NCBI GenBank assembly: GCA_002347615.1
Contig: DDYH01000041.1
Coordinates: 26,300-90,299 of the forward strand
Length of the DNA stretch: 64,000 nt
From: Gallionellaceae bacterium UBA2239
GTDB taxonomy: Bacteria > Pseudomonadota > Gammaproteobacteria > Burkholderiales > UBA9220
Direction of reading: 5' to 3'
Under the pieces are notes generated by a model. It saw only the letters and a program-made list of their open reading frames with translations, searched no databases and had not been told where the DNA came from. Below, piece by piece: positions 1 through 9,008 of this stretch (the first letter of the stretch is position 1; every line of letters begins with the position of its first letter). Made by a program: the position numbers and the translations under genes.

Positions 1-392
1 TCGTCGAAGCGGCGTTCCATCTCTTCCCGCGGAATGCCCATCACCGCACCTTGGAAAAAGACGTTCTCCCTTCCCGTGAATTCGGGGTTGAAACCGGCCC
101 CCAATTCCAGCAGGGCCGCGATGCGGCCGTTTACCCGGAGCGTGCCGGAGGTAGGTTTGAGGATGCCGCAAATGAGTTGGAGTAGGGTGCTTTTTCCCGA
201 ACCGTTGCGGCCGATGATGCCGACGGTCTCCCCCTTTCTGATGTCGAAGGAAACATCCTGTAATGCCGTAAATTCCCGGTGGAAGCGCTTCCGGCCAAAG
301 GTCAGGGCCTGCCGGATGCGATCGCCGGGGTGGCCGAAGATGCGATAGGTTTTAGTGAGGTTTTGGACGGAGACTGCGAGCTCAGAGGGCAT
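1..392 (-). CDS. ABC transporter ATP-binding protein, polysaccharide-export type (Wzt/TagH-like); 3-prime end runs off the window
   Basis: Own minus-strand translation from the ATG at 392: MPSELAVSVQNLTKTYRIF...GETVGIIGRNGSGKSTLLQ (Walker A). The start overlaps the stop of the upstream ABC-2 permease. It is open at the window edge, so it is absent from the ORF track. Confidence 0.8.
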   Translation of the reverse strand, partial: MPSELAVSVQNLTKTYRIFGHPGDRIRQALTFGRKRFHREFTALQDVSFDIRKGETVGIIGRNGSGKSTLLQLICGILKPTSGTLRVNGRIAALLELGAGFNPEFTGRENVFFQGAVMGIPREEMERRFD

Positions 393-1188
393 CAGCGAAC
401 TCCTCGCGGCTTCGTTGGAAAAAGGCATGGCCCAGTACGGCAGCCGCCAGTCCCAGGGCGAGAGCAAGGCTCCAGGGATACCATGGAATGGGAAATCCAA
501 GAGCGGCGGCCCGTGCGGCTTCGATGACCGCTCCCAGGGGGTTGTAGTGGTAAAGGGGGCGCAGCATCTCGGGGACGGCGCTGGCCGGGTAGAGTACCGG
601 GGAGAGGAACAGGAGCATCTGCATGAAGATGGGCACGATCTGGCTCATGTCCTTGATGAAAACGCCCCAGGCTGCCAGGAACCAGGATAGGCCGAGGGCG
701 AGCAGCAGAAGCGGGAGCAGCATCAAAGGATAGAGGATGATCTGGCTGTGCAGATGGCCGGTCCAGGCGAGGGCAGTTGCCAAAATGAGAACGTTGAAGG
801 CGCCCTGTACCAGGGCTGCGCCAAGGGGAACCAAGGGCAGAATATCTACCGGAAAGATGATTTTTTTCACGAAGCTGGGATAGCCGCGTACCGACACGGG
901 GGCGCGGGAAACTGTCTCCGCGAAGAGGTTGAACACGATCAGCCCGCTGTAGAGAATCAGCCAGAAGGGCAGGCCTGCCTGTTGCTGGGGCCAGCGGGTC
1001 TGGAAAACGTGGCCGAAGACGAAGGCGAAGATCGCCAGCATCAAGAGGGGGCTGAGGAACACCCACAACACACCGAACATCGCGCCCCGATAGCGGAGCA
1101 GCACGTCCCGCTTGATGAGCTGGCCGATGAGATAGCGATGTCGCCACAAATCGGTGGTAATGCGAACCGGGTTGAATGTCACGGCCAT
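382..1188 (-). CDS. ABC-2 type transporter permease (Wzm/TagG/KpsM-like)
   Basis: 268 aa multi-pass membrane protein with the N-terminal motif WRHRYLIGQLIKRDVLLRYRGAMFGVLW typical of ABC-2 polysaccharide exporters. Its ATG shares one nt with the cysC stop (TGATG). Confidence 0.8.
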   Translation of the reverse strand: MAVTFNPVRITTDLWRHRYLIGQLIKRDVLLRYRGAMFGVLWVFLSPLLMLAIFAFVFGHVFQTRWPQQQAGLPFWLILYSGLIVFNLFAETVSRAPVSVRGYPSFVKKIIFPVDILPLVPLGAALVQGAFNVLILATALAWTGHLHSQIILYPLMLLPLLLLALGLSWFLAAWGVFIKDMSQIVPIFMQMLLFLSPVLYPASAVPEMLRPLYHYNPLGAVIEAARAAALGFPIPWYPWSLALALGLAAAVLGHAFFQRSREEFADAL

Positions 1189-1805
1189 CAGCGGGAGGTG
1201 ACGATGCCGTGCTCCAGCAGGTGATTTACCACTTGAGCTACGCAGGTAGCTAAGGGTTCCGTGCCGGTGTCAACGACAAGTTCAGGGTTTTCGGGGGCCT
1301 CGTAGGGTGATGAGATGCCGGTGAATTCTTTGATTTCTCCTGCCCGTGCGCGGTGGTACAAGCCTTTTACGTCGCGGCTTTCGCATACCTCCAGGGGGCA
1401 GCGACAATAGATCTCGATGAAATCGCCATGGGGCACCAGGCCGCGCACTTTTTCGCGATCGGCGCGGAAGGGGGAGATGAAGGCGGTTAGAGCAATGACG
1501 CCGGCTTCGATGAACAGTTTGGCCATTTCACCTACCCGGCGGATGTTTTCCTCCCGGTCGTGGGCGGAAAACCCCAGGTCGCCGCACAGGCCGTGGCGCA
1601 CGTTGTCGCCGTCGAAGACGAAGGTGCGGCAGCCCTTCTGGAACAGTTCTTCTTCCACGGCGTGGGCCAGGGTGGATTTGCCCGCACCGGACAGCCCGGT
1701 GAACCACAGGATGGCGCTCTTGTGGCCGTTCAGGGCCTCGCGGCGGGAACGGGTGACGGTGGCGTGGTGCCAGACGGTGTTGCTGCTTTGGGTGCTTTCG
1801 TTCAT
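1188..1805 (-). CDS. cysC: adenylylsulfate (APS) kinase
   Basis: 205 aa; [15 protein letters not shown]-loop, DGDNVRHGL, and [10 protein letters not shown] motifs of APS kinase. Confidence 0.92.
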   Translation of the reverse strand: MNESTQSSNTVWHHATVTRSRREALNGHKSAILWFTGLSGAGKSTLAHAVEEELFQKGCRTFVFDGDNVRHGLCGDLGFSAHDREENIRRVGEMAKLFIEAGVIALTAFISPFRADREKVRGLVPHGDFIEIYCRCPLEVCESRDVKGLYHRARAGEIKEFTGISSPYEAPENPELVVDTGTEPLATCVAQVVNHLLEHGIVTSR

Positions 1806-1836
1806 GGGCTAACTATACCGCATCGAAATGATGCGG

Positions 1837-3060
1837 TCATTCGTGCCGCAGGGCTTCCACCGGCTTGAGGTAGGCCGCTTTGCGGGCCGGGTACCAGCCG
1901 AAGAAGATGCCGGTGCCGGCGGCGAACAGGAAGGCCACCAGGATCGAGCTGCCGGTGACCACTGCCGGCATTTCCGCCAGGGCGCTGACGGCCCAGGCGC
2001 CGGCCACGCCCAGCATTGCGCCGATGAGGCCGCCCAGGGTGCAGATGAACACCGCTTCCAGCAGGAACTGTTGCAGGATGTCCCGCCGCTTGGCGCCGAT
2101 GGACATGCGGATGCCGATTTCCCGGGTGCGCTCGGTGACCGACACCAGCATGATGTTCATGATGCCGATGCCGCCGACGATGAGGGAGATGGAGGCGATG
2201 GCGCCCAGCATGAAGGACAGGGCCTGGGCGGAGCTGGCGGCGGCCTGGGCGGTGGCGGTGAGGTTGCGCACGGTGAAGTCGTTTTCCATGTCGTTGCGCA
2301 GGCGGTGGCGGATGCGCAGCAACTGGCCGATGTCTCCTTCGGCCTCGGTCATCATCTCCTTGGACGGGGCCTGGGCCATGATGAAGCGCACGGTGCCGGG
2401 GAAGGGGTTGCCGAACAGCTTGCTCTGCGCGGTGGTGACGGGGACCAGCACGCTGTCGTCCTGGTCTCGCCCGTCCATGCTTTGCCCCTTGGCTTCCAGC
2501 ACGCCGACAATGGTGAAAGGACTGTTCTTGATGCGCATGGTTTTGCCCAGGGGGGGCTCGTCGGCGAACAGGTTGAAGACGACGGTTTTGCCGATCAAGG
2601 CTACCCGTGCGGCCGAGCGCACGTCTCCTTCGTCCAGGTTGCGGCCGCTTTCCACCGCCCAGTTGCGCACCTCCAGATATTCCGGCGTGACGCCGTTTAC
2701 CACCGTGCTCCAGTTGTTGGGGCCGTAGCCGAGCTGGGCGGTGCCGGAATAGACCGGGGCGGAGGTTTTTACCGACGGCAGCTTGCCGATGGCCCGGGCG
2801 TCCTCCAGGGTGAGGGTGGGGGCGCTGCCCATGCCGGCCCGCAAGCCGCCGGAGGTGGTGCTGCCGGAGAGGATGATGAACAGGTTGGAGCCCATGGAGG
2901 CGATGGAGTCGTTGACGATGGCCTGGGTGCCCTGGCCGATGGCCAGCATCAACACCACGGCGGCCACGCCGATCACCATCCCCAGCATGGCCAGGGCCGC
3001 CCGCAGGCGGTTCACCCCCATGGAACGCCAGGCTTCTCCCGTCACGGCTGAAAAGTTCAT
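1837..3060 (-). CDS. MacB-family ABC transporter permease (MacB periplasmic domain plus FtsX)
   Basis: 407 aa. The N-terminus MNFSAVTGEAWRSMGVNRLRAALAMLGMVIGVAAVV and the C-terminal FtsX-like TM bundle match MacB-family permeases. It follows the ATPase and adaptor genes. Confidence 0.85.
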   Translation of the reverse strand: MNFSAVTGEAWRSMGVNRLRAALAMLGMVIGVAAVVLMLAIGQGTQAIVNDSIASMGSNLFIILSGSTTSGGLRAGMGSAPTLTLEDARAIGKLPSVKTSAPVYSGTAQLGYGPNNWSTVVNGVTPEYLEVRNWAVESGRNLDEGDVRSAARVALIGKTVVFNLFADEPPLGKTMRIKNSPFTIVGVLEAKGQSMDGRDQDDSVLVPVTTAQSKLFGNPFPGTVRFIMAQAPSKEMMTEAEGDIGQLLRIRHRLRNDMENDFTVRNLTATAQAAASSAQALSFMLGAIASISLIVGGIGIMNIMLVSVTERTREIGIRMSIGAKRRDILQQFLLEAVFICTLGGLIGAMLGVAGAWAVSALAEMPAVVTGSSILVAFLFAAGTGIFFGWYPARKAAYLKPVEALRHE

Positions 3061-3065
3061 GTTTT

Positions 3066-3492
3066 AACCACGAATGAACACGAATGAACACGAATGATCA
3101 TAAAACTATCCTGTGGTGCTCCAGGTGCTTGGCGCCGAAATTAAGAATGATGCCTAGGCGATGCCCCGTTGCTTTCAGGTAGTTGAAGGTTTGTGCTTTG
3201 TGGATGTTGGTAATCTGGTCGGCCGCCTTGAGTTCCAGAATGATTTGGTTGTCGACCAGAATATCGGCGAAATACTCTCCCACCACTTCACCTTCAAACA
3301 TTACCTTGACGGCAGCCTGCTGTTCGGCTGTTATTCCTTCGCGACGCATAAGGACCATCAGCGCGTTTTCGTAGACCTTCTCTAGAAAACCCGGGCCAAG
3401 GTTTGAATGGACCTCCATCGCCAGCCCAATGATGCGATAGGAGAGTTCTTTATGGACCAGAGAATTCGTGTTCATTCGTGTTAATTCGTGGT
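3066..3492. mobile_element. 427-bp cassette bounded by 30-nt terminal inverted repeats (three 10-nt units each) carrying one GxxExxY gene
   Basis: 3066-3095 (aaccacgaatgaacacgaatgaacacgaat) equals the reverse complement of 3463-3492 with 29/30 matches. The cassette lies between the ATPase stop and the permease start. Confidence 0.6.
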
Positions 3493-3496
3493 TCAT
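3098..3496 (-). CDS. GxxExxY protein (PD-(D/E)XK-like, TIGR04256-type family)
   Basis: 132 aa; HKELSYRIIGLAMEVHSNLGPGFLEKVYENAL with the GxxExxY motif, then ADILVDNQIILELKA. The first residues are encoded by the repeat, so an internal Met at 3475 is an alternative start. Confidence 0.85.
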   Translation of the reverse strand: MNHELTRMNTNSLVHKELSYRIIGLAMEVHSNLGPGFLEKVYENALMVLMRREGITAEQQAAVKVMFEGEVVGEYFADILVDNQIILELKAADQITNIHKAQTFNYLKATGHRLGIILNFGAKHLEHHRIVL

Positions 3497-4221
3497 ATGC
3501 CTTTCACCCCCCCGTCGTACACCACGTTCCCGTCCCGGAAGCGCACCAGCCGTTTGGCGTGGTGGGCGATGTCGGCCTCGTGGGTGACCAGTACCACGGT
3601 GATGCCCTGGTCCCGGTTGAGGCGGGTGAAGATGTCCATGATCTCCTCGCTGGTGTGGGTGTCCAGGTTGCCGGTAGGCTCGTCGGCCAGGATCAGCCGG
3701 GGGTGGTTGGACAGGGCACGGGCGATGGCCACCCGCTGCTGCTGGCCGCCGGAGAGTTGGTTGGGCTGCTTGTCGGCGTGGGCGGCCAGGCCCACCTGGT
3801 CCAGCAGTTCCAGGGCACGGCGGCGGCGTTCGCTTTTGCCTTCGCCGGCGTAGACCAGAGGCAGGGCCACGTTGTCGGCCACGCTGATGCGCTTCAGCAG
3901 GTTGAAGCCCTGGAACACGAAGCCGATCAGCCGGTTGCGCAGGGTGGCCAATTCGTCGTCGGACAGCTCCGCCACGTTGCGCCCGTCCAGGTAGTAGGCG
4001 CCGCTGGTGGGGGTGTCCAGGCAGCCCAGGATGTTCATGAAGGTGGATTTGCCCGAACCGGAGGGGCCCATCACGGCGACGAACTCCCCCGGCTGGATCG
4101 CCAGATCCACGCCGTTGAGGGCGGGGGGCGTGGTGCCGGCGGCGGTTTCGTAGCGCTTGGCGAGCGTTTCGACCCGGATCAGCGCGTCGGAATCAGAACG
4201 GCCGGACCTGGAATCTGCCAT
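3493..4221 (-). CDS. ABC transporter ATP-binding protein (MacB/LolD family)
   Basis: 242 aa; Walker A GPSGSGKST, signature LSGGQQQRVAIARAL, Walker B LILADEPTGNLD. Confidence 0.9.
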   Translation of the reverse strand: MADSRSGRSDSDALIRVETLAKRYETAAGTTPPALNGVDLAIQPGEFVAVMGPSGSGKSTFMNILGCLDTPTSGAYYLDGRNVAELSDDELATLRNRLIGFVFQGFNLLKRISVADNVALPLVYAGEGKSERRRRALELLDQVGLAAHADKQPNQLSGGQQQRVAIARALSNHPRLILADEPTGNLDTHTSEEIMDIFTRLNRDQGITVVLVTHEADIAHHAKRLVRFRDGNVVYDGGVKGI

Positions 4222-5338
4222 TGTTCTTGCCTGTTTTCGCCGCGATTTCCTTCACCACCAGCTGGTCGCCGGGCTGGAGCGCCCCGTCCGCTACTTCCAC
4301 GTAGCTGGCGTCGGAAATGCCCGTCTTCACCGCCACCGGCTCCAGCTGGTTGCCGGCGAGGCGGTAGACGGCGGGGCCTTGGGGCTTCTTGTCGCGGGCC
4401 TTGGCTTCTTCCGCCGCCGGCTTGAAGCGCAGGGCCTCCTTGGGAATGCGCAGCACGTCCTTTTTCTGCTCCACCACCACCCGGATGTGAGCGGTCATGC
4501 CGGGCATCAGCTTGCCGTCGGCGTTGTCCACCGCCACCACCACGTTGTAGGTCACCACGTTCTGCTGGATGGTGGGGTTGAGGCGGATCTGCTTCACGGT
4601 GCCGACGAAGTTGCGCTCGGGGAAGGCGTCCACCGAGAAATTCACCGTCTGGCCCATTTCCACCGTCCCCACGTCGGCTTCGGCCACCGTGGTGTCGATC
4701 TGCATCTCCCGCAGGTCCTTGGCGATCTGGAACAGGGTGGGGGTCTGGAAGCTGGCGGCCACGGTCTGGCCCACGTCCACGTTCCGCGCCACCACCACGC
4801 CGGAAATGGGGGAGCGGATAATGGAGTAGTTCAGGTTGGTGCGGTCCTTTTTCAACTGCGCCTGGGCCAGCATCAGCTGGGCCCTGGCGGAATCCAGGGT
4901 CTGCACCGCCTGGTCCAGGGCATCGGCGGAAACGAATTTCTTGTGGAACAGGTCCCGGTTGCGTTTTTCCCGGGCGATGGCCAATTCGAGGTTGGCTTTG
5001 GCGTTGGCCAGGTTGGCCTCGCTTTGCTCCAATTGGGCGCGGAACAGGGCCGGGTCCAGTTCCGCCAGCACCTGGTTGGGCGTCACCCGGTCGTTGAAGT
5101 CGGCGTACAGCTTCTTTACCGTGCCGGATACCTGGGTGCCCACGTTGACCAGCACCACCGGGTTGAGGGTGCCGTTGGCGGCCACGGACTGCACGATGTC
5201 TCCCCGCTCCACTTCGGTGGTGCGGTAGCGCTGAGAAATGTCGCCGTTGTTGTGGCCCCAGATAAACCAAGCGGCAAGGCCGGCAGCCGCCAAAACGGCG
5301 GCGGCGAGGAGGGGACGGAAGAGCGGGTAGCGTGTCAT
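4193..5338 (-). CDS. efflux periplasmic adaptor (MacA/HlyD family membrane-fusion protein)
   Basis: Coiled-coil region (RAQLEQSEANLANAKANLELA) followed by beta-barrel motifs. The start was chosen at MTRYPLFRPLL (signal/anchor); the ORF extends to 5377 with a non-ATG start. Confidence 0.85.
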   Translation of the reverse strand: MTRYPLFRPLLAAAVLAAAGLAAWFIWGHNNGDISQRYRTTEVERGDIVQSVAANGTLNPVVLVNVGTQVSGTVKKLYADFNDRVTPNQVLAELDPALFRAQLEQSEANLANAKANLELAIAREKRNRDLFHKKFVSADALDQAVQTLDSARAQLMLAQAQLKKDRTNLNYSIIRSPISGVVVARNVDVGQTVAASFQTPTLFQIAKDLREMQIDTTVAEADVGTVEMGQTVNFSVDAFPERNFVGTVKQIRLNPTIQQNVVTYNVVVAVDNADGKLMPGMTAHIRVVVEQKKDVLRIPKEALRFKPAAEEAKARDKKPQGPAVYRLAGNQLEPVAVKTGISDASYVEVADGALQPGDQLVVKEIAAKTGKNNGRFQVRPF

Positions 5339-5498
5339 GGTTGTGGGGTGGGGCGAGAAGGCTGTGGTTTCCGACAATTATAGTCCCAAAGGAGGTGCAA
5401 TCCGGGTGGCGCCCAGGACGGGCGCCACCGCGTGCGTTTATGCTTGCATGCTGATGCCGCCGTTGGTGCTTGGTTTTTGTGACGTTTTGCCGCGCCGA

Positions 5499-6713
5499 TC
5501 AGGCATCATTTTCCTTCTTGGCCGCCGCTGCGAGGCGGAAGACCGCTTCCATGCCGTCCAGCATGGTTTCCTGGGAAAATCGCGCAGCAACGGCGCTTCG
5601 TCCCGCCAAGCCGAGGGCGTGGCGCAAAACCGGGTTGCGCAGCAGGCGAATAATTCCGTTGGCCAAGGCATCCGCGTTCCGCGGCGGCACCAGGCAGCCG
5701 GTCTCGTTGTCCTGTACCAGTTCTTCGATGGCCCCAACCGGGGTCGACACGACGGCGAGCCCCATGGCCATGGCCTGCATGAGGGCCTGGGGCACCCCCT
5801 CGTTGCCGTAGGACGGCAGAACGAACAGATCCATGGCTCCCAGGAGGTCCGCCACGTCTTCCCGCTGCCCGAGCAGGGAGACGCGCTCGGGCTGCGGCAG
5901 GGAGCGAATGCGTTGTTCGATGTGCTGCCGGCGCGGACCATCGCCGACGATGACGAGATGGGCATCCGGTACGGCGGCAAATACGGCGGGCAGAGCATCC
6001 AGCAGATAGTCGTGCCCCTTCCAGCTGCGCAGGGTGGCGACGATGCCGATGACTTTTTTTTCCGCCGGGATGCCCAATTGTCGTCGTACTGTGTTGCATT
6101 CCAAGGTGCGGCGGCGATCGAAGCGGTCGAGATCGACGCCGGTAGGGATGGAAACGATGTGTTCGGAGGAAAGCCGGAGGTGGCGCAACAAATCCTGCCG
6201 TATCGACTCCCCGGTGGTGACGATGCGGCAAGCGGCCTTGCCATAAAGCCAGCGGGAAAGGGGGTCCGCCTTCACCGGCGTGGAAATGTGGCGGGTGCGA
6301 ACCACCGGTACCCGGAGGCCGGGAAGGGCGTTGGCCAGCGCTACCAGCCAACTGTCGGTGGAACTGTGGGTATTGATGACATCGGGTTGATGCGCTTGCA
6401 ACCAGTGGCGAACGGCGAGCAGGCTATGGGCGCTTTTCCGCTTAAAGGGAAGGGGAACGGCGGGAACCCCCCGCCGGTGGGCAGCCTCAAAAATAGCGGC
6501 TTGAGGCGGGCACAACAGTGTGACGTGGTGGCCCCGCGCCATCAGTCCTGCCGCTTCATTGAGAATGCGGATTTCCTGCCCGCCCCAACCGAGAGATGCC
6601 TCGGTGTGCACGATGTGCAAGGGTGCGCCGTGGCGGAATGCTTTCGGCGGAATATCTGTCGGCGCCGAAGGGGAAGAAAGCACTGGCGCGAGAGTTTCAA
6701 TGGGAAGCGGCAT
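5499..6713 (-). CDS. glycosyltransferase family 4 (GT-B, RfaB-like)
   Basis: The true start is taken at the internal MPLPIETL (ATG at 6713). It has a GWGGQE N-terminal motif and a C-terminal EGVPQALMQAMAMGLAVVST E-x7-E region. The upstream 113 aa of the 517-aa ORF overlap the kinase gene. Confidence 0.8.
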   Translation of the reverse strand: MPLPIETLAPVLSSPSAPTDIPPKAFRHGAPLHIVHTEASLGWGGQEIRILNEAAGLMARGHHVTLLCPPQAAIFEAAHRRGVPAVPLPFKRKSAHSLLAVRHWLQAHQPDVINTHSSTDSWLVALANALPGLRVPVVRTRHISTPVKADPLSRWLYGKAACRIVTTGESIRQDLLRHLRLSSEHIVSIPTGVDLDRFDRRRTLECNTVRRQLGIPAEKKVIGIVATLRSWKGHDYLLDALPAVFAAVPDAHLVIVGDGPRRQHIEQRIRSLPQPERVSLLGQREDVADLLGAMDLFVLPSYGNEGVPQALMQAMAMGLAVVSTPVGAIEELVQDNETGCLVPPRNADALANGIIRLLRNPVLRHALGLAGRSAVAARFSQETMLDGMEAVFRLAAAAKKENDA

Positions 6714-6718
6714 GATGG

Positions 6719-8080
6719 CTATTTGTGGACTTTCCCCGTGGCAGGAGTGGCCAGCGGTAGGCGGAGGCAGGCCTCCAATCCGCCCTCGGGATGGTTGCGC
6801 AGGGTCAGGGAGCCGCCGTGGGCGCGGGCGATGTTGCGGGCGATGGCCAGCCCCAGGCCGGTGCCGCCGGTTTCCCGGGAGCGGGAGGTTTCCAGCCGCA
6901 CGAAGGGGTCCAGTACCCGTTCCAGCTGGTCGTCGGGAATGCCGGGGCCGTGGTCCCGCACCCGGATCACCGCCTCCTGTTCCTCCCGGGCGATGGCGAC
7001 CTCGGCACTGCCGCCGTATTTCACCGCATTGCCGATCAGGTTGGACAGGCAACGGCGCAGGTCCAGGGGGCGGGCCAGCACGGTGGCGCCGGATTCACCG
7101 TTGCAACGCACCTCGTCGCCCCCTTCCGCCTGGTCGGCGCAGGTGCTGTTCACCAGGGAGTCCAGGTCCAGCGGTTGCCCGGGGGCGGCGGCATCCAGGC
7201 TGCGGGCCAGGTCCAGCCCTTCCCGCACCATCAGTTTCATCTGCTGCAGGTCGCCCAGCAGTTTGTCCCGCAGGGGGTCGGCGGGGGCGTTTTCCAGCCG
7301 CAGGCGCATGCGGGTGAGGGGCGTCTGGAGGTCGTGGGTGATGGCGGCCAGAAGGCCGGTGCGCTCTTCCACGTGACGCCGGATCAGGGTCTGCATGCGG
7401 TTGAAGGCGCGGGAGGCGTCCTTCACCTCCGTCAGTCCGGTTTCCGGCAAAGGGGGCTGGTCGATGTTGCGCCCCAGGGCCAGGGCTGCCCGGGCCATGC
7501 CCCGCAGGGGGCGGGTGACCCAGTAGGCTACGCCGGCGGCCAGCAGGGCCAGGGCCAGGGCAAAGAGCGTCATCTGGGCCGCCATGCGGCCGAGGAAGGC
7601 CGGCCGGTGGCGCAGGGGGTTGTCCGGCACGTCCACCGTCGCCGGGGAGCCATCGGATAGAGTGGCTGAAACCCACAGCCTGCGGGGGCCGTCGCAGGTC
7701 GTCTCGTCGGGGGCGCAGACTTCCCTTCCCTGGCGCAGGGTCAGCAGCCGGATGCCCGGCGCCAGCCGCTCTTCCATGCGCGGGCGCAGGGGATGGACGG
7801 CGCCGCCGCCGGGGGCGGCAGGGGCAAAGGACAGGCGCACCCCCTCCCGCTCGGCCAATGCGGCAAGACGGCCCCGTTCACCGGCGGGCAGGGCGTCCGC
7901 CAGGGCCAGCCAGTGGGCGACCCGGTCGGCGGCAAAGTGCCCCCGCATCTGGGCGAAGCTGCTCGCCTCCCCCCCGCTCACGATCCAGAAGCTCAAGGCG
8001 AAGGCGAGCCAGGAGCCGAACAGCAATACCAGGAAGATGCGGCCCGCCATGGAGCGGAAGAACCCGGCCAACCAAGCCAC
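6719..8080 (-). CDS. two-component sensor histidine kinase (CpxA/EnvZ-like)
   Basis: 453 aa; two TM segments, HAMP, H-box ITHDLQTPLTRM, and ATP-lid GTGLGLAIARNIARAHGG. Confidence 0.85.
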   Translation of the reverse strand: MAWLAGFFRSMAGRIFLVLLFGSWLAFALSFWIVSGGEASSFAQMRGHFAADRVAHWLALADALPAGERGRLAALAEREGVRLSFAPAAPGGGAVHPLRPRMEERLAPGIRLLTLRQGREVCAPDETTCDGPRRLWVSATLSDGSPATVDVPDNPLRHRPAFLGRMAAQMTLFALALALLAAGVAYWVTRPLRGMARAALALGRNIDQPPLPETGLTEVKDASRAFNRMQTLIRRHVEERTGLLAAITHDLQTPLTRMRLRLENAPADPLRDKLLGDLQQMKLMVREGLDLARSLDAAAPGQPLDLDSLVNSTCADQAEGGDEVRCNGESGATVLARPLDLRRCLSNLIGNAVKYGGSAEVAIAREEQEAVIRVRDHGPGIPDDQLERVLDPFVRLETSRSRETGGTGLGLAIARNIARAHGGSLTLRNHPEGGLEACLRLPLATPATGKVHK

Positions 8081-8082
8081 GG

Positions 8083-8805
8083 CTATTCCTTCCGCACCGG
8101 CACGGCGAGGACGTAGCCTTCGTTGCGCACGGTCTTGAGCAGCTTGGGCTCCCGGGCGTCGTCCCGCAGTTTTTGGCGCAGGCGGCTCACCGCCAGGTCG
8201 ATGGAGCGGTCGAAGGGGTCCGCGTCACGGCCCCGGGTGAAGTTGAGCAGTTGGTCCCGGTTCAGCACCCGTCCGGCATGGTCGATGAAGGTCCGCAGCA
8301 GGCGGTATTCGGACCCGGAGAGGGCCACCGCCACGCCGTCCGGGGCGATCAGCTGGCGGGTTTCCACTTCCAGGGTCCAGTCGGCGAAGTGGAACAGGCG
8401 CCCCTCTTCTTCCCGGTGGTTGAAGGGCTGGGCGCGGGCACGGCGCAGCACGCTGCGGATGCGGGCCAGGAGTTCCCGGGGCTCGAAGGGTTTGGCCAGG
8501 TAGTCGTCGGCCCCCATTTCCAGGCCGACGATGCGGTCCACCGGCTCGCCCCGGGCGGTGAGCATGATGATGGGCAGGGACGAGTGGGCGCGCAGTTCCC
8601 GGCACAGGGTAAGGCCGTCCTCGCCGGGCATCATCACGTCCAGGATGACCAGGTCGATGGGGGCGGCATCCAGGGCGCGGCGCATTTCGCTGCCGTTGGC
8701 GGCGGTGGACACGCGGTAGCCCTGGCGTTCCAGGTAGTCCGCCAGCAGCTCCCGGATGTCCCGATCGTCGTCTACGACCAGAAGGTGTTCTTGCTTATCT
8801 TCCAT
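8083..8805 (-). CDS. OmpR-family response regulator (CpxR-like)
   Basis: 240 aa; receiver domain (LLVVDDD...DLVILDVMMPG) plus a winged-helix C-terminus. It lies immediately upstream of the kinase. Confidence 0.9.
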   Translation of the reverse strand: MEDKQEHLLVVDDDRDIRELLADYLERQGYRVSTAANGSEMRRALDAAPIDLVILDVMMPGEDGLTLCRELRAHSSLPIIMLTARGEPVDRIVGLEMGADDYLAKPFEPRELLARIRSVLRRARAQPFNHREEEGRLFHFADWTLEVETRQLIAPDGVAVALSGSEYRLLRTFIDHAGRVLNRDQLLNFTRGRDADPFDRSIDLAVSRLRQKLRDDAREPKLLKTVRNEGYVLAVPVRKE

Positions 8806-8852
8806 GGGGGCGGAGTTTATGCCAAAAAACCCTTTCTTGTCAGGTCGTGAAT

Positions 8853-8867
8853 GTAACTTTGTGTATC
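8853..8867. promoter_or_regulatory. candidate OmpR/CpxR-type direct-repeat box GTAAC-N5-GTATC in the divergent intergenic region
   Basis: gtaactttgtgtatc read between the regulator and the Spy/CpxP-like gene. It resembles the GTAAA-N5-GTAAA consensus. No experimental or statistical support. Confidence 0.25.
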
Positions 8868-9008
8868 ATCCGCGGAGCATGGATACGAAAGGTTACGGAG
8901 CGGGGCGGGGTCGTTACACACTGGCGACAGAAGGAAATACCCGCTCCACACGAGAGGCGTTTAATGGGTTCCAGGCATCTGCCTTAACCCTGAACTGAGG
9001 AGTCGAAA

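Noticed and set aside
1802-3091. Long ORFs antisense to or overlapping real genes. Examples are 1802-3091(-), 1828-3051(+), 10393-11367(+), 11453-12652(+), 13819-15210(+), 16571-18064(-), 19138-21078(-), 51470-52975(-), 56825-59530(+), 56832-58850(-), 60663-62048(+), and 60847-63114(-).
   Set aside because: Their translations are Arg/Gly/Pro/Ala-rich low-complexity strings with no motifs. They lie opposite or out of frame to genes with clear family signatures. This is typical high-GC open-frame noise.
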